Positions 1 to 9,200 of a stretch of DNA of 64,000 nucleotides are shown here, piece by piece; the first letter of the stretch is position 1, and every line of letters starts with the position of its first letter. A model generated the notes under the pieces. The model saw nothing but the letters and a program-made list of their open reading frames with translations, searched no databases and was not told the DNA's origin. Origin of the DNA: an uncultured Verrucomicrobiota bacterium (GTDB taxonomy: Bacteria; Verrucomicrobiota; Kiritimatiellia; PWTM01); assembly GCA_964423465.1 (NCBI GenBank), contig CAYRFK010000001.1:12987-76986 (forward strand). The letters run 5' to 3'. A program made the translations under genes and the position numbers.

Positions 1-656
1 TAGTCGAGGATCCGCCCGCCCCATGAGAGCGATTCCCAGTTCTCCGACGTCAGGCCGCGGAGCGGGAACCAGTCGAGGTAGCGCCCGCCGGCGAAGACGA
101 TCACCAGCAGCACCGCGAAGAGGAAACTCGGGATCGCGTTGCCCGCGACGACAAGCGCGCTGGTCCACGAGTCGAAGCGGCTGCCGTCGCGCACCGCCTT
201 GCGGATGCCCAGCGGGATCGAGATCGTGTAGATCAGCAGTGTCGACCAGAGGCCGAGCGACACGGACACCGGCATCTTCTCGCGGATCAACTCCAGCACC
301 GAGCGGTCCCGGTAGTAACTGTGCCCGAAATGGAAGGTCAGGTAGTCGCGGCACATGTGCAGGAAGCGCACGTGCGCCGGCTTGTCGAAGCCGAACTGCT
401 TCTCGAGGCTCTTGATGAACTCCGAATCGAGCCCCTGGGCGCCGCGGTAGCGCGAGGCGGGCCCGCCGGACGCCGTCTCCCGGCCCGTCGCCCCGCTGAT
501 GCGGCCGGCGGCGTCGGCATCGATCCCCCGAATCTGGGCGATGACCTGCTCCACCGGCCCGCCGGGCGCGAACTGGATGATCGCGAAGTTGATCAGCAGG
601 ATGCCGAACAGCGTCGGGATCAGCAGCAGAAGGCGGCGGAGAATGTAGGCGGTCAT
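1..656 (-). CDS. ABC peptide/oligopeptide transporter permease, OppB/DppB/YejB-like (3' end off window)
   Basis: The minus-strand N-terminus MTAYILRRLLLLIPTLFGI is the canonical OppB-family start. The ATG at 656..654 overlaps the stop of the upstream permease in an ATGA arrangement. The rest of the gene runs past position 1 and was not in the ORF track. Confidence 0.6.
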   Translation of the reverse strand, partial: MTAYILRRLLLLIPTLFGILLINFAIIQFAPGGPVEQVIAQIRGIDADAAGRISGATGRETASGGPASRYRGAQGLDSEFIKSLEKQFGFDKPAHVRFLHMCRDYLTFHFGHSYYRDRSVLELIREKMPVSVSLGLWSTLLIYTISIPLGIRKAVRDGSRFDSWTSALVVAGNAIPSFLFAVLLVIVFAGGRYLDWFPLRGLTSENWESLSWGGRILD

Positions 657-1702
657 GACGCCCTCCCCCCCGCGGACTTGCGCGGATCGAACGCGTCGCG
701 CACGGCCTCGCCGATGAAGACAACAAGCGTGAAGAGCACCGCGAGCACCGCAAATGCCGTGAGGCCCAGCCACGGCGCGTGCAGGTTCGCCTTGCCCTGT
801 TGCAGCATCTCGCCCAGCGACGGCGACCCGGGGGGAAGGCCGAGGCCGAGGAAGTCGAGCGAGGTCAGCGTCGTCAGCGAGCCGGCGAGGATGAACGGCA
901 GGTAGGTCAGCGCCGCGACGATCGAGTTCGGCAGCACGTGGCGCATCGCCGTGCGGAAGCCGGAGAGGCCCAGCGCCCGCGCGGCGCGGACGTAGTCGAG
1001 GTTGCGCGCGCGCAGCGTCTCGGCGCGGACGACGTGCACGAGGCTCATCCACGAGAAGAGCAGCAGGATCCCCAGCAGCGTCGCGAAGCTCGGTTCGATC
1101 ACGGTGGACATGATGATCAGGATGTAGAGGCGCGGCATGGCGCCCCAGAGTTCCATGAAGCGCTGGAACACGAGGTCGATCCAGCCGCCCGCATAGCCCT
1201 GCCAGAGGCCCAGCAGCACGCCGACCACCGTGCTCAGCACCGTGAGTGTGAAGCCGAACAGGACCGAGAGGCGGAGCCCGTGGATCGCGCGGGCCAGCAC
1301 GTCGCGGCCCTGATCGTCCGTGCCGAACCAGTGCCGGTGCGACGGGGGCGCGGGGGCGGGCGTCTCCGACTCCAGGTCCACCGTGTCGTGGCCGAAGGGC
1401 ACCGCCGGCCACCAGATGCGCCCGCCCCGCTTCGCGACAAGATCCTCCGCAACGTACGGGTCGCGGAAGTCCGCAGGCGTCGCGAAGACGCCGCCCAGGG
1501 CGGTCTCGGGAACGGACTGCACCACCGGGAAGAACCAGCGGCCGCCGGCGCGTACGGCGAGCGGACGGTCGTTCGCAACGAACTCGGCGGGCAGGGAGAC
1601 CGCCAGCAGAAGGAGGAAGAGCCGCAGCGACCAGACGCCGCGGCGGTTCGCGCGGAAGACCGCAAGGCGGCGGCGGGTCATCGGGGAGAGCCGCATCATG
1701 CC
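653..1702 (-). CDS. ABC peptide transporter permease, OppC/DppC/YejE-like
   Basis: The real gene is the C-terminal ~350 aa of ORF 653..2926. It contains WFGTDDQGRDVLARAIHG and multiple TM helices typical of OppC/YejE. The ATGATG start at 1702 follows a GGAGGGG RBS and lies 4 nt past the stop of the ATPase gene. Confidence 0.8.
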   Translation of the reverse strand, partial: GMMRLSPMTRRRLAVFRANRRGVWSLRLFLLLLAVSLPAEFVANDRPLAVRAGGRWFFPVVQSVPETALGGVFATPADFRDPYVAEDLVAKRGGRIWWPAVPFGHDTVDLESETPAPAPPSHRHWFGTDDQGRDVLARAIHGLRLSVLFGFTLTVLSTVVGVLLGLWQGYAGGWIDLVFQRFMELWGAMPRLYILIIMSTVIEPSFATLLGILLLFSWMSLVHVVRAETLRARNLDYVRAARALGLSGFRTAMRHVLPNSIVAALTYLPFILAGSLTTLTSLDFLGLGLPPGSPSLGEMLQQGKANLHAPWLGLTAFAVLAVLFTLVVFIGEAVRDAFDPRKSAGGRAS

Positions 1703-3375
1703 GCATCCCCTCCGACGGTCCTGAACTCGAAGGCGGCGGCGAGCAGCGCGCGCGTGTAGTCGTCCGCCGGCGCGCCGAAGATGCGATCCGCCGGCCCCTG
1801 CTCCACCACGCATCCGTTGCGCATGACGAGCACGTCGTGGCACAGCGCGCGGATCACGCGCAGGTCGTGGCTGATGAAAACGCAGGCGATCCGCTCGCGG
1901 GCCTGCAAGTCGCGGATCAGGTCGAGGATCTCCTTCTGCAGCGTCAGGTCGAGGGCCGAGGTCGGCTCGTCGAGGATCAGGACCTTCGGCCGCAGCACGA
2001 GGGCGCGGGCGAGCGCGATGCGCTGCCGCTGGCCGCCGGAGAACTCGTGCGGGTAACGGTGGCGCGCCTCCGGATCGAGGCCCACGCGGCGGAGCGTCTC
2101 CGCGACCTCCGCATCCCGGCCCGCGTCGTCGAGGTCCGGCCGGTGCAGTTCGAGGCCCTCGGCGACGATCTGTCCGACGGACATGCGCGGGCTCAGCGAG
2201 CCGAACGGATCCTGGAAGACGACCTGCAGGTTGCGCCGCAGCGGGCGGACGGCGGCGGATGAAAGGCCCGCGAGGTCGCGGCCGGCGAAGACGATCGACC
2301 CGCTCAGGTTCGCCGCCCCGCGGGCGATCAGCCGCAGCACGGCCAGCGCAGCGGTCGTCTTGCCCGAACCGCTCTCCCCCACGATGCCCAGCGACGAGCC
2401 CTCGCGCAGGCGGAATCCGATGCCATCGACGGCGCGGACGTGCGAGACGGTGCGCCGCAGGAGCCCGGCGCGCACCGGGTAATGCACCCGGAGTCCGTCC
2501 ACCGCGAGCACCTCGGCCGCATCCGGCGGCGGGGGCGGCGGCGTTCCGGACGGCGCGGAGGCCACGAGGCGCTGCGTATAGGGATGCTCCGGGGCGTCGA
2601 AGACACGGGCGCAGGGACCGGATTCGACGACCTGCCCGCCCTGCATGACGACGACGCGGCCCGCGATGCGGCGCACAAGGCCGAGGTCGTGCGTGATCCA
2701 GAGCATCGCCATGCCGAGCGACTTCTGAAGGTCCGCAAAGAGTTCGAGGATCTGCGCCTGGATGGTGACGTCGAGGGCGGTCGTCGGTTCGTCGGCGATC
2801 AGGAGGTCCGGCCGGTTCACGAGCGCCATGGCGATCATGACGCGCTGGCGCTCGCCGCCCGACAGTTCGTGCGGGTATGCATCCAGCCGCTTGCGGGCCT
2901 CGCGCAGGCCGACGCGCCCGAGCCATTCCGCGGCCGAATCCCGCGCCGCCGAACCGCGCGGGCCGCCGTGGAGACGCATCGCCTCGGCGATCTGGCGGCC
3001 GATCGTGTGCAGCGGATTGAGCGACGTCATCGGCTCTTGGAAGACCATCGAGATGCGGTTGCCGCGGATCGCGCGCATCCGGGCCTCGGGCGCCCCCATC
3101 AGTTCCTCGGAACGGCCGTCGGCCCCGTGCAGGCGGATGGAGCCCGCGGGATAGCCCGCGACACCGCGGAGGAGTTGGAGAACCGACAGCGCGGTGACCG
3201 ACTTACCCGAGCCGCTTTCGCCGACGATGCCGACGATCTCCCCACGCGCGACGTCGAGGCTGACGCCGCGCACCGCGTGGACGGCGCTCCCCGACTGGGA
3301 GAAGTCCACCGCGAGGTCGCGGATCTCAAGCAGAGGCGTAGTCACGATCGGTCGCTTCCGGGAAGACGAACACAA
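1696..3375 (-). CDS. ABC transporter ATP-binding protein with two fused NBDs (YejF/OppD-OppF type)
   Basis: The 559-aa product has two Walker A motifs (GESGSGKS twice), two LSGG signature motifs and a Walker B-like D-loop. The alternative start is the GTG at ~3351 (VTTPLLEIRDL). Confidence 0.85.
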   Translation of the reverse strand: MCSSSRKRPIVTTPLLEIRDLAVDFSQSGSAVHAVRGVSLDVARGEIVGIVGESGSGKSVTALSVLQLLRGVAGYPAGSIRLHGADGRSEELMGAPEARMRAIRGNRISMVFQEPMTSLNPLHTIGRQIAEAMRLHGGPRGSAARDSAAEWLGRVGLREARKRLDAYPHELSGGERQRVMIAMALVNRPDLLIADEPTTALDVTIQAQILELFADLQKSLGMAMLWITHDLGLVRRIAGRVVVMQGGQVVESGPCARVFDAPEHPYTQRLVASAPSGTPPPPPPDAAEVLAVDGLRVHYPVRAGLLRRTVSHVRAVDGIGFRLREGSSLGIVGESGSGKTTAALAVLRLIARGAANLSGSIVFAGRDLAGLSSAAVRPLRRNLQVVFQDPFGSLSPRMSVGQIVAEGLELHRPDLDDAGRDAEVAETLRRVGLDPEARHRYPHEFSGGQRQRIALARALVLRPKVLILDEPTSALDLTLQKEILDLIRDLQARERIACVFISHDLRVIRALCHDVLVMRNGCVVEQGPADRIFGAPADDYTRALLAAAFEFRTVGGDAA

Positions 3376-3397
3376 AGACGCAAAGAACGCAAAGAGG
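3375..3397 (+). repeat. Copy of AAGACGCAAAG-NN-CGCAAAGAG intergenic motif
   Basis: The sequence aagacgcaaagaacgcaaagagg is about 20/23 identical to the motif at 30719..30743 and inverted at 30887..30908. Confidence 0.6.
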
Positions 3398-3424
3398 ATG
3401 AGAACACGGAGACGCGGAGGACAT

Positions 3425-3466
3425 CAACAGCCAACAACCAACATCCAACATCCAACATCCAGCATC
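3425..3466. repeat. Heptanucleotide tandem repeat (CAACATC-like) x6
   Basis: The units are caacagc, caacaac, caacatc, caacatc, caacatc, cagcatc. The array lies in the 5' region of the ABC operon, downstream of the M16 gene. Confidence 0.85.
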
Positions 3467-3571
3467 CGATCGTCCGTGCCTTCTCGTCCACCGATCCATG
3501 CGGTCCATATGCATCAGACCCTCGACCCTCCCTCCCATCCATTCATCCTCCCATCCCTTCCCCTCGCACGC

Positions 3572-6520
3572 CTATAAGTCCTCGACGAGTAATCCCGGCA
3601 CGTCCGCGGCGGCGGCTTCGAGCTTCTCGCGGCCGGCGACAATGCAGACGGGGGCGGCGGCGAGGCCGGGGCGGATGATCTCGTCCGTCGCGCGGCGCAT
3701 ATCCGCGGCGGTGACGCCGAGCAGCCGCTCGCGGAACCGGCGGCGGAAGGCGTCGTCGACGCCGTTCAGGTGGCGGTCCAGCGCGGTGGCGACGGCGCCC
3801 TCGGGCCGGATGGGCCGGTCGAGCGCCTTCATGGCGCCGATGATGCTCTGCTCGACCGCGTCGGGGGCGAAGTCCATCTCCGCGGCGATGTAGTCCGGGA
3901 TCCGCGCGAACGTGTCGAGCGTCTCGCGGATGCGCGGATCGCGATAACTGCTGAGCGAGAACAGGCCGAGTCCCTGCGAGAAACCGGCGCGACAGCCGTA
4001 GGCGCCGTTCTTCACGCGGATCTCGGTCCAGAGGTAGTCCAGCGTCAGCCGCGTGGCGAGAACGAGCAGGGCCGGCGCGAGCGGGTGGTCGGCGGCGACG
4101 GCGCGGAAGGCGAGTGCGACGAAGGCAACCTCGGCCGGGACCGCGACGCCCTCGGGCGCGCCGGCGCCCGGCGCGGCGGCCGGTGTGACGGCGGCGACCG
4201 GCCGGTCGGGCAGTTCGCCGAGGAGGCCCGCGTACCAGTCGCGGACGCGGGTGTGCGCGGCGTCGGACCCGACGAACGAGGCCGTGACGCGGCCGCGCAC
4301 GAGGAGGGTTTCGCGGATGCGCTCCATCGCGCGGGCGAGGCCGGCGAGATCGCAGGGGACGCTGTCCGCCAACCGCTTCGCAAAGCGGACCTGCGAGATG
4401 CCCGCGAGCCGTTCCGCCAGCGCGGCGTTGTCCGAGAGCCCGCGCTGGGCGCGGCCCGCGGCATAGGCGTTGCCCGAGGGAACGACGGTCTCACGCAAAC
4501 CGGCCTGGTGTTGGACAAGCAGCGTCTGCAGGCGGGCGACGTCGGTGAAATCGGCGGTGAGGAGGCGGCTCCGGACGATTTCCAGCATGCGGTCGACGCG
4601 ATCGTCGAGACCGTGCGTGGCGATATGGAGGAACGGCTGCACCCGCGAGGGGTCGTCGACGCGGCCGCCGGTCGAGACCGACGCGGCGACACCCGCGCAG
4701 GCGGCGGCCTCGCGATCGGCGGCGGCGGCGTAGTCCTCGCCCGCGGCGCCGGTCTTGGTCAGCGCGGCGGCGAAGAGCGGGAGGTGATCCCAGAGGTCCG
4801 CGTCGAGACCGCGGAGATCGACGGCCATCTGCAGGTAGCCGACCCCGTTCGTGAGCGCCTCGGCGCGCAGGAGCGGGCGGCCCGCGACGACGGCAGTCTC
4901 CACCGAAAGCCGTGTCGGCTCGACGGGTACGTCGGAACGCCGCAGCCGGGGCAGCGTGGCGATCGCCTCGGGCGGGTTGGGAAGCCCCTGCCGCTCCTCC
5001 AGAGTGCGGGCCTCGCGGTCGACACGGGCGAGGTCGGCGGGGGTCATGGTCGCGCGCACGTCCGCCATGCGCTTCGCGAACTCCTCCTCCCGGCGGCGGT
5101 GAAGCGAGGCGTCGGGCACGAAGGTCATGGCGATGCAATGTGGGTTGCCGAGGACGAGCCGGCGCAGCAGACCCTCGAAATAGCCCGGCTCGGCCTCGCT
5201 GCGCGTGCGCAGGGCGGCGAGATGGTGCCGGATGTGCAGCATTGTCAGCGGATCCTCGTCATAGAGCCACATGTTGAACACGCGGTCCATCAGCACGAGA
5301 GGGAACGAGGACGGGATGTCGAGCGCGGCCAGTTCGAACTGGTGGAAGGCGGAGGCGAGGGCCTCGCGGTCGATCCCGCGGTCGGCGAGCCCGCGCAGGG
5401 TGGAGAGGATGAGCGCCTCGACCTCGCCCGCCTTGGCGACATCGATGCCGCGCAGGCCGACGCCGAAGCTGGTGTCGCGGCGGTAGGTCGAGTAGCCCTC
5501 GGCGACGAGGTCCTCGCCGAGGCGCGATTCCATGAGGGCACGCCGCAGGGGACTGCCCTCGTGGGCCAGGAGGACCTCGCCGAGAACGCCCATTGCGAGC
5601 GAGGTCTCCGGATCGGTCAGGGGGTTGGTGAACCACTCCATCGCGAACGCCGACTTCCGCGCGGGCGTCTCGCCTTCCGCGGCCGGATAGGGAACGGTGA
5701 CGCGGCGCGGTGCGGTCCAGCGCGACTGCGGGGCGATCGCGGTGTCGATCTCGATCCGGTCGAAACCGGAGAGAACCTCGCGGTCGAGAAACTCGAGGTG
5801 CGGCGCGAGCGGGGTATCGCCGTAGAGGAAGAAGAACGCATTCGAGGGATGATAGTACCGTGCGTGGAAGGCGCGGAACTGCTCGTAGGTCAGCGACGGA
5901 ATGGCGTCGGGCGAGCCGCCGGAGTCGCGCCCGTAGGCGTTGTCCGGGAAGAGCCCGGCGGCGGTGCGGTAGATGACGCCGTCGAGCGTCGAATAGGCGC
6001 CCTTCATCTCGTTGTAGACGATGCCCTTCACGGTGAGGGGGCTTTCCGGATTGCCCGGCTCGGCGAGGTCGAGATGGTGCCCTTCCTGCCGGAAGTGCTC
6101 CTCGGTGATGCGCGGATGGAAGACCGCGTCGCAATAGACCCCGATCAGATTCCCGAAATCGCGCGCGTTCATGCTCGCGCAGGGGTAGACGGTGCGGTCG
6201 GGATAGGTCATGGCGTTGAGGAATGTCGCCAGGCTGGTCTTCAGCAGTTCGACGAACGGGTCCTTCACCGGATACCGCCGCGACCCGCACAGCACGGTGT
6301 GCTCGAGGATGTGCGGAAGGCCTGTGTCGTCCGGCGGGGGGGTGCGGAAGGCGACGGCGAAAAGATTCTCGGGGTCCGCCGCGGCGAGGTGCAGGAGCCG
6401 GGCACCGCTCTTCCGGTGGTGAAGGCGGGTGGCCGTCGCCCGCAGGTCCGGCAGCGGCGTGACCGCCTCGACCTCGAATCCGTGCAGAACCTCTCCCACC
6501 GCAGGCATCGTGCTGGCCAT
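3572..6520 (-). CDS. M16C family zinc metallopeptidase (PreP/presequence-protease-like inverzincin)
   Basis: The 982-aa product carries an HxxEH zinc motif (GLPHILEHTVLCGSRRYPVKDPFVELLK). Its size and motif are typical of M16C. Confidence 0.8.
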   Translation of the reverse strand: MASTMPAVGEVLHGFEVEAVTPLPDLRATATRLHHRKSGARLLHLAAADPENLFAVAFRTPPPDDTGLPHILEHTVLCGSRRYPVKDPFVELLKTSLATFLNAMTYPDRTVYPCASMNARDFGNLIGVYCDAVFHPRITEEHFRQEGHHLDLAEPGNPESPLTVKGIVYNEMKGAYSTLDGVIYRTAAGLFPDNAYGRDSGGSPDAIPSLTYEQFRAFHARYYHPSNAFFFLYGDTPLAPHLEFLDREVLSGFDRIEIDTAIAPQSRWTAPRRVTVPYPAAEGETPARKSAFAMEWFTNPLTDPETSLAMGVLGEVLLAHEGSPLRRALMESRLGEDLVAEGYSTYRRDTSFGVGLRGIDVAKAGEVEALILSTLRGLADRGIDREALASAFHQFELAALDIPSSFPLVLMDRVFNMWLYDEDPLTMLHIRHHLAALRTRSEAEPGYFEGLLRRLVLGNPHCIAMTFVPDASLHRRREEEFAKRMADVRATMTPADLARVDREARTLEERQGLPNPPEAIATLPRLRRSDVPVEPTRLSVETAVVAGRPLLRAEALTNGVGYLQMAVDLRGLDADLWDHLPLFAAALTKTGAAGEDYAAAADREAAACAGVAASVSTGGRVDDPSRVQPFLHIATHGLDDRVDRMLEIVRSRLLTADFTDVARLQTLLVQHQAGLRETVVPSGNAYAAGRAQRGLSDNAALAERLAGISQVRFAKRLADSVPCDLAGLARAMERIRETLLVRGRVTASFVGSDAAHTRVRDWYAGLLGELPDRPVAAVTPAAAPGAGAPEGVAVPAEVAFVALAFRAVAADHPLAPALLVLATRLTLDYLWTEIRVKNGAYGCRAGFSQGLGLFSLSSYRDPRIRETLDTFARIPDYIAAEMDFAPDAVEQSIIGAMKALDRPIRPEGAVATALDRHLNGVDDAFRRRFRERLLGVTAADMRRATDEIIRPGLAAAPVCIVAGREKLEAAAADVPGLLVEDL

Positions 6521-6722
6521 GAGTCATCTCCCCGATTCCGCCGCGGCGGAAAATATGCGTCCAGCATAGGTGCGCGCGCCGTCCGCCTCAAGCCGGAAGC
6601 ACCGTAGAGCCGCGCGCCGGGGGTTTTTCCGGTTGCCCCGGACCGGGCGCCCCCCTATAGTCGACGGAACCTCCGGACAGAGGACCGGACGGGCCGGTGT
6701 TTCCGGCTGTTCGGGGACCGAA

Positions 6723-9200
6723 ATGCTTAATATCGAAATTCCTGGTTACGAGATACTTGAGAAGATCGGCGATGGCGCGATGGGGTTCGTCTTCAAGGCG
6801 CGCCAGAGATCGCTTGACCGTCTTGTGGCCGTAAAGGTCCTGCGCCCGGAGCTTGCGAGCGATCCCACGGCCGTGGCCCAGTTCCGCCTCGAGGCGAACT
6901 CGGTGGCCATGCTCAAGCACCAGAACATCCTCCTTCTTCACGAGGCCGGGCAGGCGAACGGGCTGAACTACTTCATTATGGAGTATGTCGCGGCCTACAG
7001 CGTGGCGAACTGGCTTGCGCGGAAGGGGGTGCTTTCGGAGACGGACGCGCTGACGATCGCCGATTCCGTGGCGCGGGCGCTGCAGTACGCATGGGACAAG
7101 GCCGGGCTGATCCACTGCGACATCAAGCCAGGCAACATTCTGGTCGATGAGGACGGCGTCATCAAGATCGCCGACTTCTCGGGAATCAGCCGCTCGAACA
7201 TCAGCGAGGAGGCCCAACTTCTCCGCGAGGTGACGATCGGCACGCCGAACTACATGTCGCCCGAGCAGGTCCGGGGCTTTGAGGCGATCGACTTCCGTGT
7301 CGACATCTACGCGCTCGGCGCCCTCCTCTATCACCTCGTCACCGGCGTTCTCCCCTTCGAGCACTGCACGGAAGAGGAGGCGATGCAGCAGCAGGTCGAG
7401 GGCAAGCTGACGGACCCCGCCGAGTTGAATCCCGCCGTGTCGGTGAACTTCTCGATGATGGTCGAGAAGATGATGGTCAAGGACCGCGACCAGCGATCCG
7501 CAAGCTGGGAATCGGTTGTGGCGGATATCGGCCGCGTGCGCGCAGGCCAGCCCCCGCTTCCCCCGTTCCCCTATCCCGGTTCGAGCACGATCCTGCGGAC
7601 CGTTCAGGCCCCGCCCCCGCCGCCGCCCGCGCGGGCCAAGGCGCCGCCGGTCTTCGCTCCGCCCGCCCCCGCTGCCGCGCCGGCGCCCCTGCCGACCACC
7701 GTGCCCAGGCCGAAGCCGAAAAAGCTGGCGATCCTGATCACCGCGGCCGCCGTGCTGGTCGTCGCCGACGTGATTCTCGGCCTGTTGTGGTTTCTGCCGA
7801 ACACACCGCTTCGGAAGTGGCGGCCGGCGGCCACCAACGACGTGACCCACGTCGAGTCGCCATCGGTCACCCCCCCGACGAACGTCCCCGCGGCACCCGT
7901 TACGCCGCCGACTGCGACCGTCACGAATGACGTCCCCGTGCCGCCGCCAGCGGCAACAAACGCCGCCCCGGCGCCGGCCGCGACGAATAGCGCCCCCGTG
8001 CCGCCGCCGGCGACCAATGCCGCGTCCGAGGTGGACGCCGCCGCGGCGGCCGAGGAGGCGAAGCGCGCCGAGAACCTGCGGACGCACCTTCGGCTTCTGC
8101 AGAGCGTGATGACCGAGTGCGTCCGCCGCAACTACACCGGCGCCGCCGCGCTGCTGACCGACTGGATGAACGCCAACACCGGCCATCCGAACACGACCCT
8201 CGTGCAGACCGAACTGGCCCGCGTCCAGTCCATCGCCGCCCTCTATCCCATGCTGGAAGCCAACAGCCGCTCCCTCTCGGGCCGGCCCATCCTCAATAGC
8301 CCGGGCGTCGTCGGGGACATCCTGGCGATCCGCGGATCGAAGATCACGCTTTCGCGCCGTCTCGGCGAGGGCACGGCCCAGGTCGATCACGACCTCTACC
8401 GGCTCGGGGCGCAGGACCTGCTCGGCCTGATCCAGGCGTCCGACCCGACCCACTTCCCTCTCAACGCCGCCCGGTTCATGCTGGGCGAGGCGCAGTTCGC
8501 GGGCGTCGACGGCTACCTCGTGCAGGCCCGGGCGGCCAGCCTGGAATGCGAGGATCTGGTCACGTGGCTGAAGGACTGGCAGCAGATCGTCCTGAACGTC
8601 CGCGCCGACCGCGCCGTGGACGAGGTCAAGGCCAAGGTCGTCGACAGCCAGTTCCAGGCCGCCGGGGACCTGCTGGTGACGGCCGCGCAGACCTACGCGG
8701 ATTCCGACATCTTCCAGTGGGCGCGCCGGACCGAACTGCAGCGATTGTCGGCTCTGATCCGCGAGGAACTCGGCGAACCCCCGGCACCGATGCCTGCACC
8801 CGAAAAGACGCCGGCGGCCCCGGGCTCCGGAAAGGCCGATCCTGAGGATTCGATGGACACCTCCAACATCGAGCAACTCAACGTCGGCGAGCTCAACGGC
8901 CGCATGCGCCAGCTCGACGGCCGCGTCGTCCGCCTGCGGTTCCGCTATCGGATGACCATCTCCGAGGCGGGTCCGGGCGTGTACGCGACCGATGTCGGCC
9001 TCGACAACTCCACGATCACGGTCGAGTTCTCCCAGGAAGGCTATCGCTGGTTCCGCAACTCCGTGTCGCAAAGCTACGGCGTCGAAAACCCGATCCGCGT
9101 CGTGTACGGGGTGGTCGACGCCAAGCGCCAGTCCGTGCGGCTCCTCGGCCGCACCATGAAGCGCCGCATCGGCGCCCAGGGCGATGAGTTCTCCTGGTGA
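6723..9200 (+). CDS. Hanks-type Ser/Thr protein kinase, membrane-anchored with C-terminal extracytoplasmic domain
   Basis: Kinase motifs are G-loop GDGAMGFV, VAVKVL, catalytic loop HCDIKPGN, DFS and SPE. A Pro-rich linker is followed by one TM helix (LAILITAAAVLVVADVILGLLWFL) and a ~430-aa C-terminal domain. The track ORF begins at 6570, but the kinase fold starts at M 6723. Confidence 0.8.
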   Translation: MLNIEIPGYEILEKIGDGAMGFVFKARQRSLDRLVAVKVLRPELASDPTAVAQFRLEANSVAMLKHQNILLLHEAGQANGLNYFIMEYVAAYSVANWLARKGVLSETDALTIADSVARALQYAWDKAGLIHCDIKPGNILVDEDGVIKIADFSGISRSNISEEAQLLREVTIGTPNYMSPEQVRGFEAIDFRVDIYALGALLYHLVTGVLPFEHCTEEEAMQQQVEGKLTDPAELNPAVSVNFSMMVEKMMVKDRDQRSASWESVVADIGRVRAGQPPLPPFPYPGSSTILRTVQAPPPPPPARAKAPPVFAPPAPAAAPAPLPTTVPRPKPKKLAILITAAAVLVVADVILGLLWFLPNTPLRKWRPAATNDVTHVESPSVTPPTNVPAAPVTPPTATVTNDVPVPPPAATNAAPAPAATNSAPVPPPATNAASEVDAAAAAEEAKRAENLRTHLRLLQSVMTECVRRNYTGAAALLTDWMNANTGHPNTTLVQTELARVQSIAALYPMLEANSRSLSGRPILNSPGVVGDILAIRGSKITLSRRLGEGTAQVDHDLYRLGAQDLLGLIQASDPTHFPLNAARFMLGEAQFAGVDGYLVQARAASLECEDLVTWLKDWQQIVLNVRADRAVDEVKAKVVDSQFQAAGDLLVTAAQTYADSDIFQWARRTELQRLSALIREELGEPPAPMPAPEKTPAAPGSGKADPEDSMDTSNIEQLNVGELNGRMRQLDGRVVRLRFRYRMTISEAGPGVYATDVGLDNSTITVEFSQEGYRWFRNSVSQSYGVENPIRVVYGVVDAKRQSVRLLGRTMKRRIGAQGDEFSW

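Noticed and set aside
779-1759. 326-aa plus-strand ORF (and 1234..1665, 1320..1724, 1781..2262 etc.) inside the ABC transporter genes
   Set aside because: These are antisense to well-supported permease and ATPase genes. Their Arg/Ala/Pro-rich low-complexity translations are typical of spurious ORFs in ~70% GC DNA.
3425-3466. Possibility that the heptamer arrays (3425, 12166, 15193) or the 28723 repeats are CRISPR arrays
   Set aside because: The units are 7-8 nt with no spacers and no cas genes nearby, so they are simple tandem repeats.
3770-6607. 945-aa plus-strand ORF
   Set aside because: It is antisense to the M16C peptidase gene. Its Gly/Arg/Asp-rich low-complexity product has no motifs.
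6588-9071. 827-aa minus-strand ORF
   Set aside because: It is antisense to the Ser/Thr kinase gene, whose kinase motifs are unambiguous.
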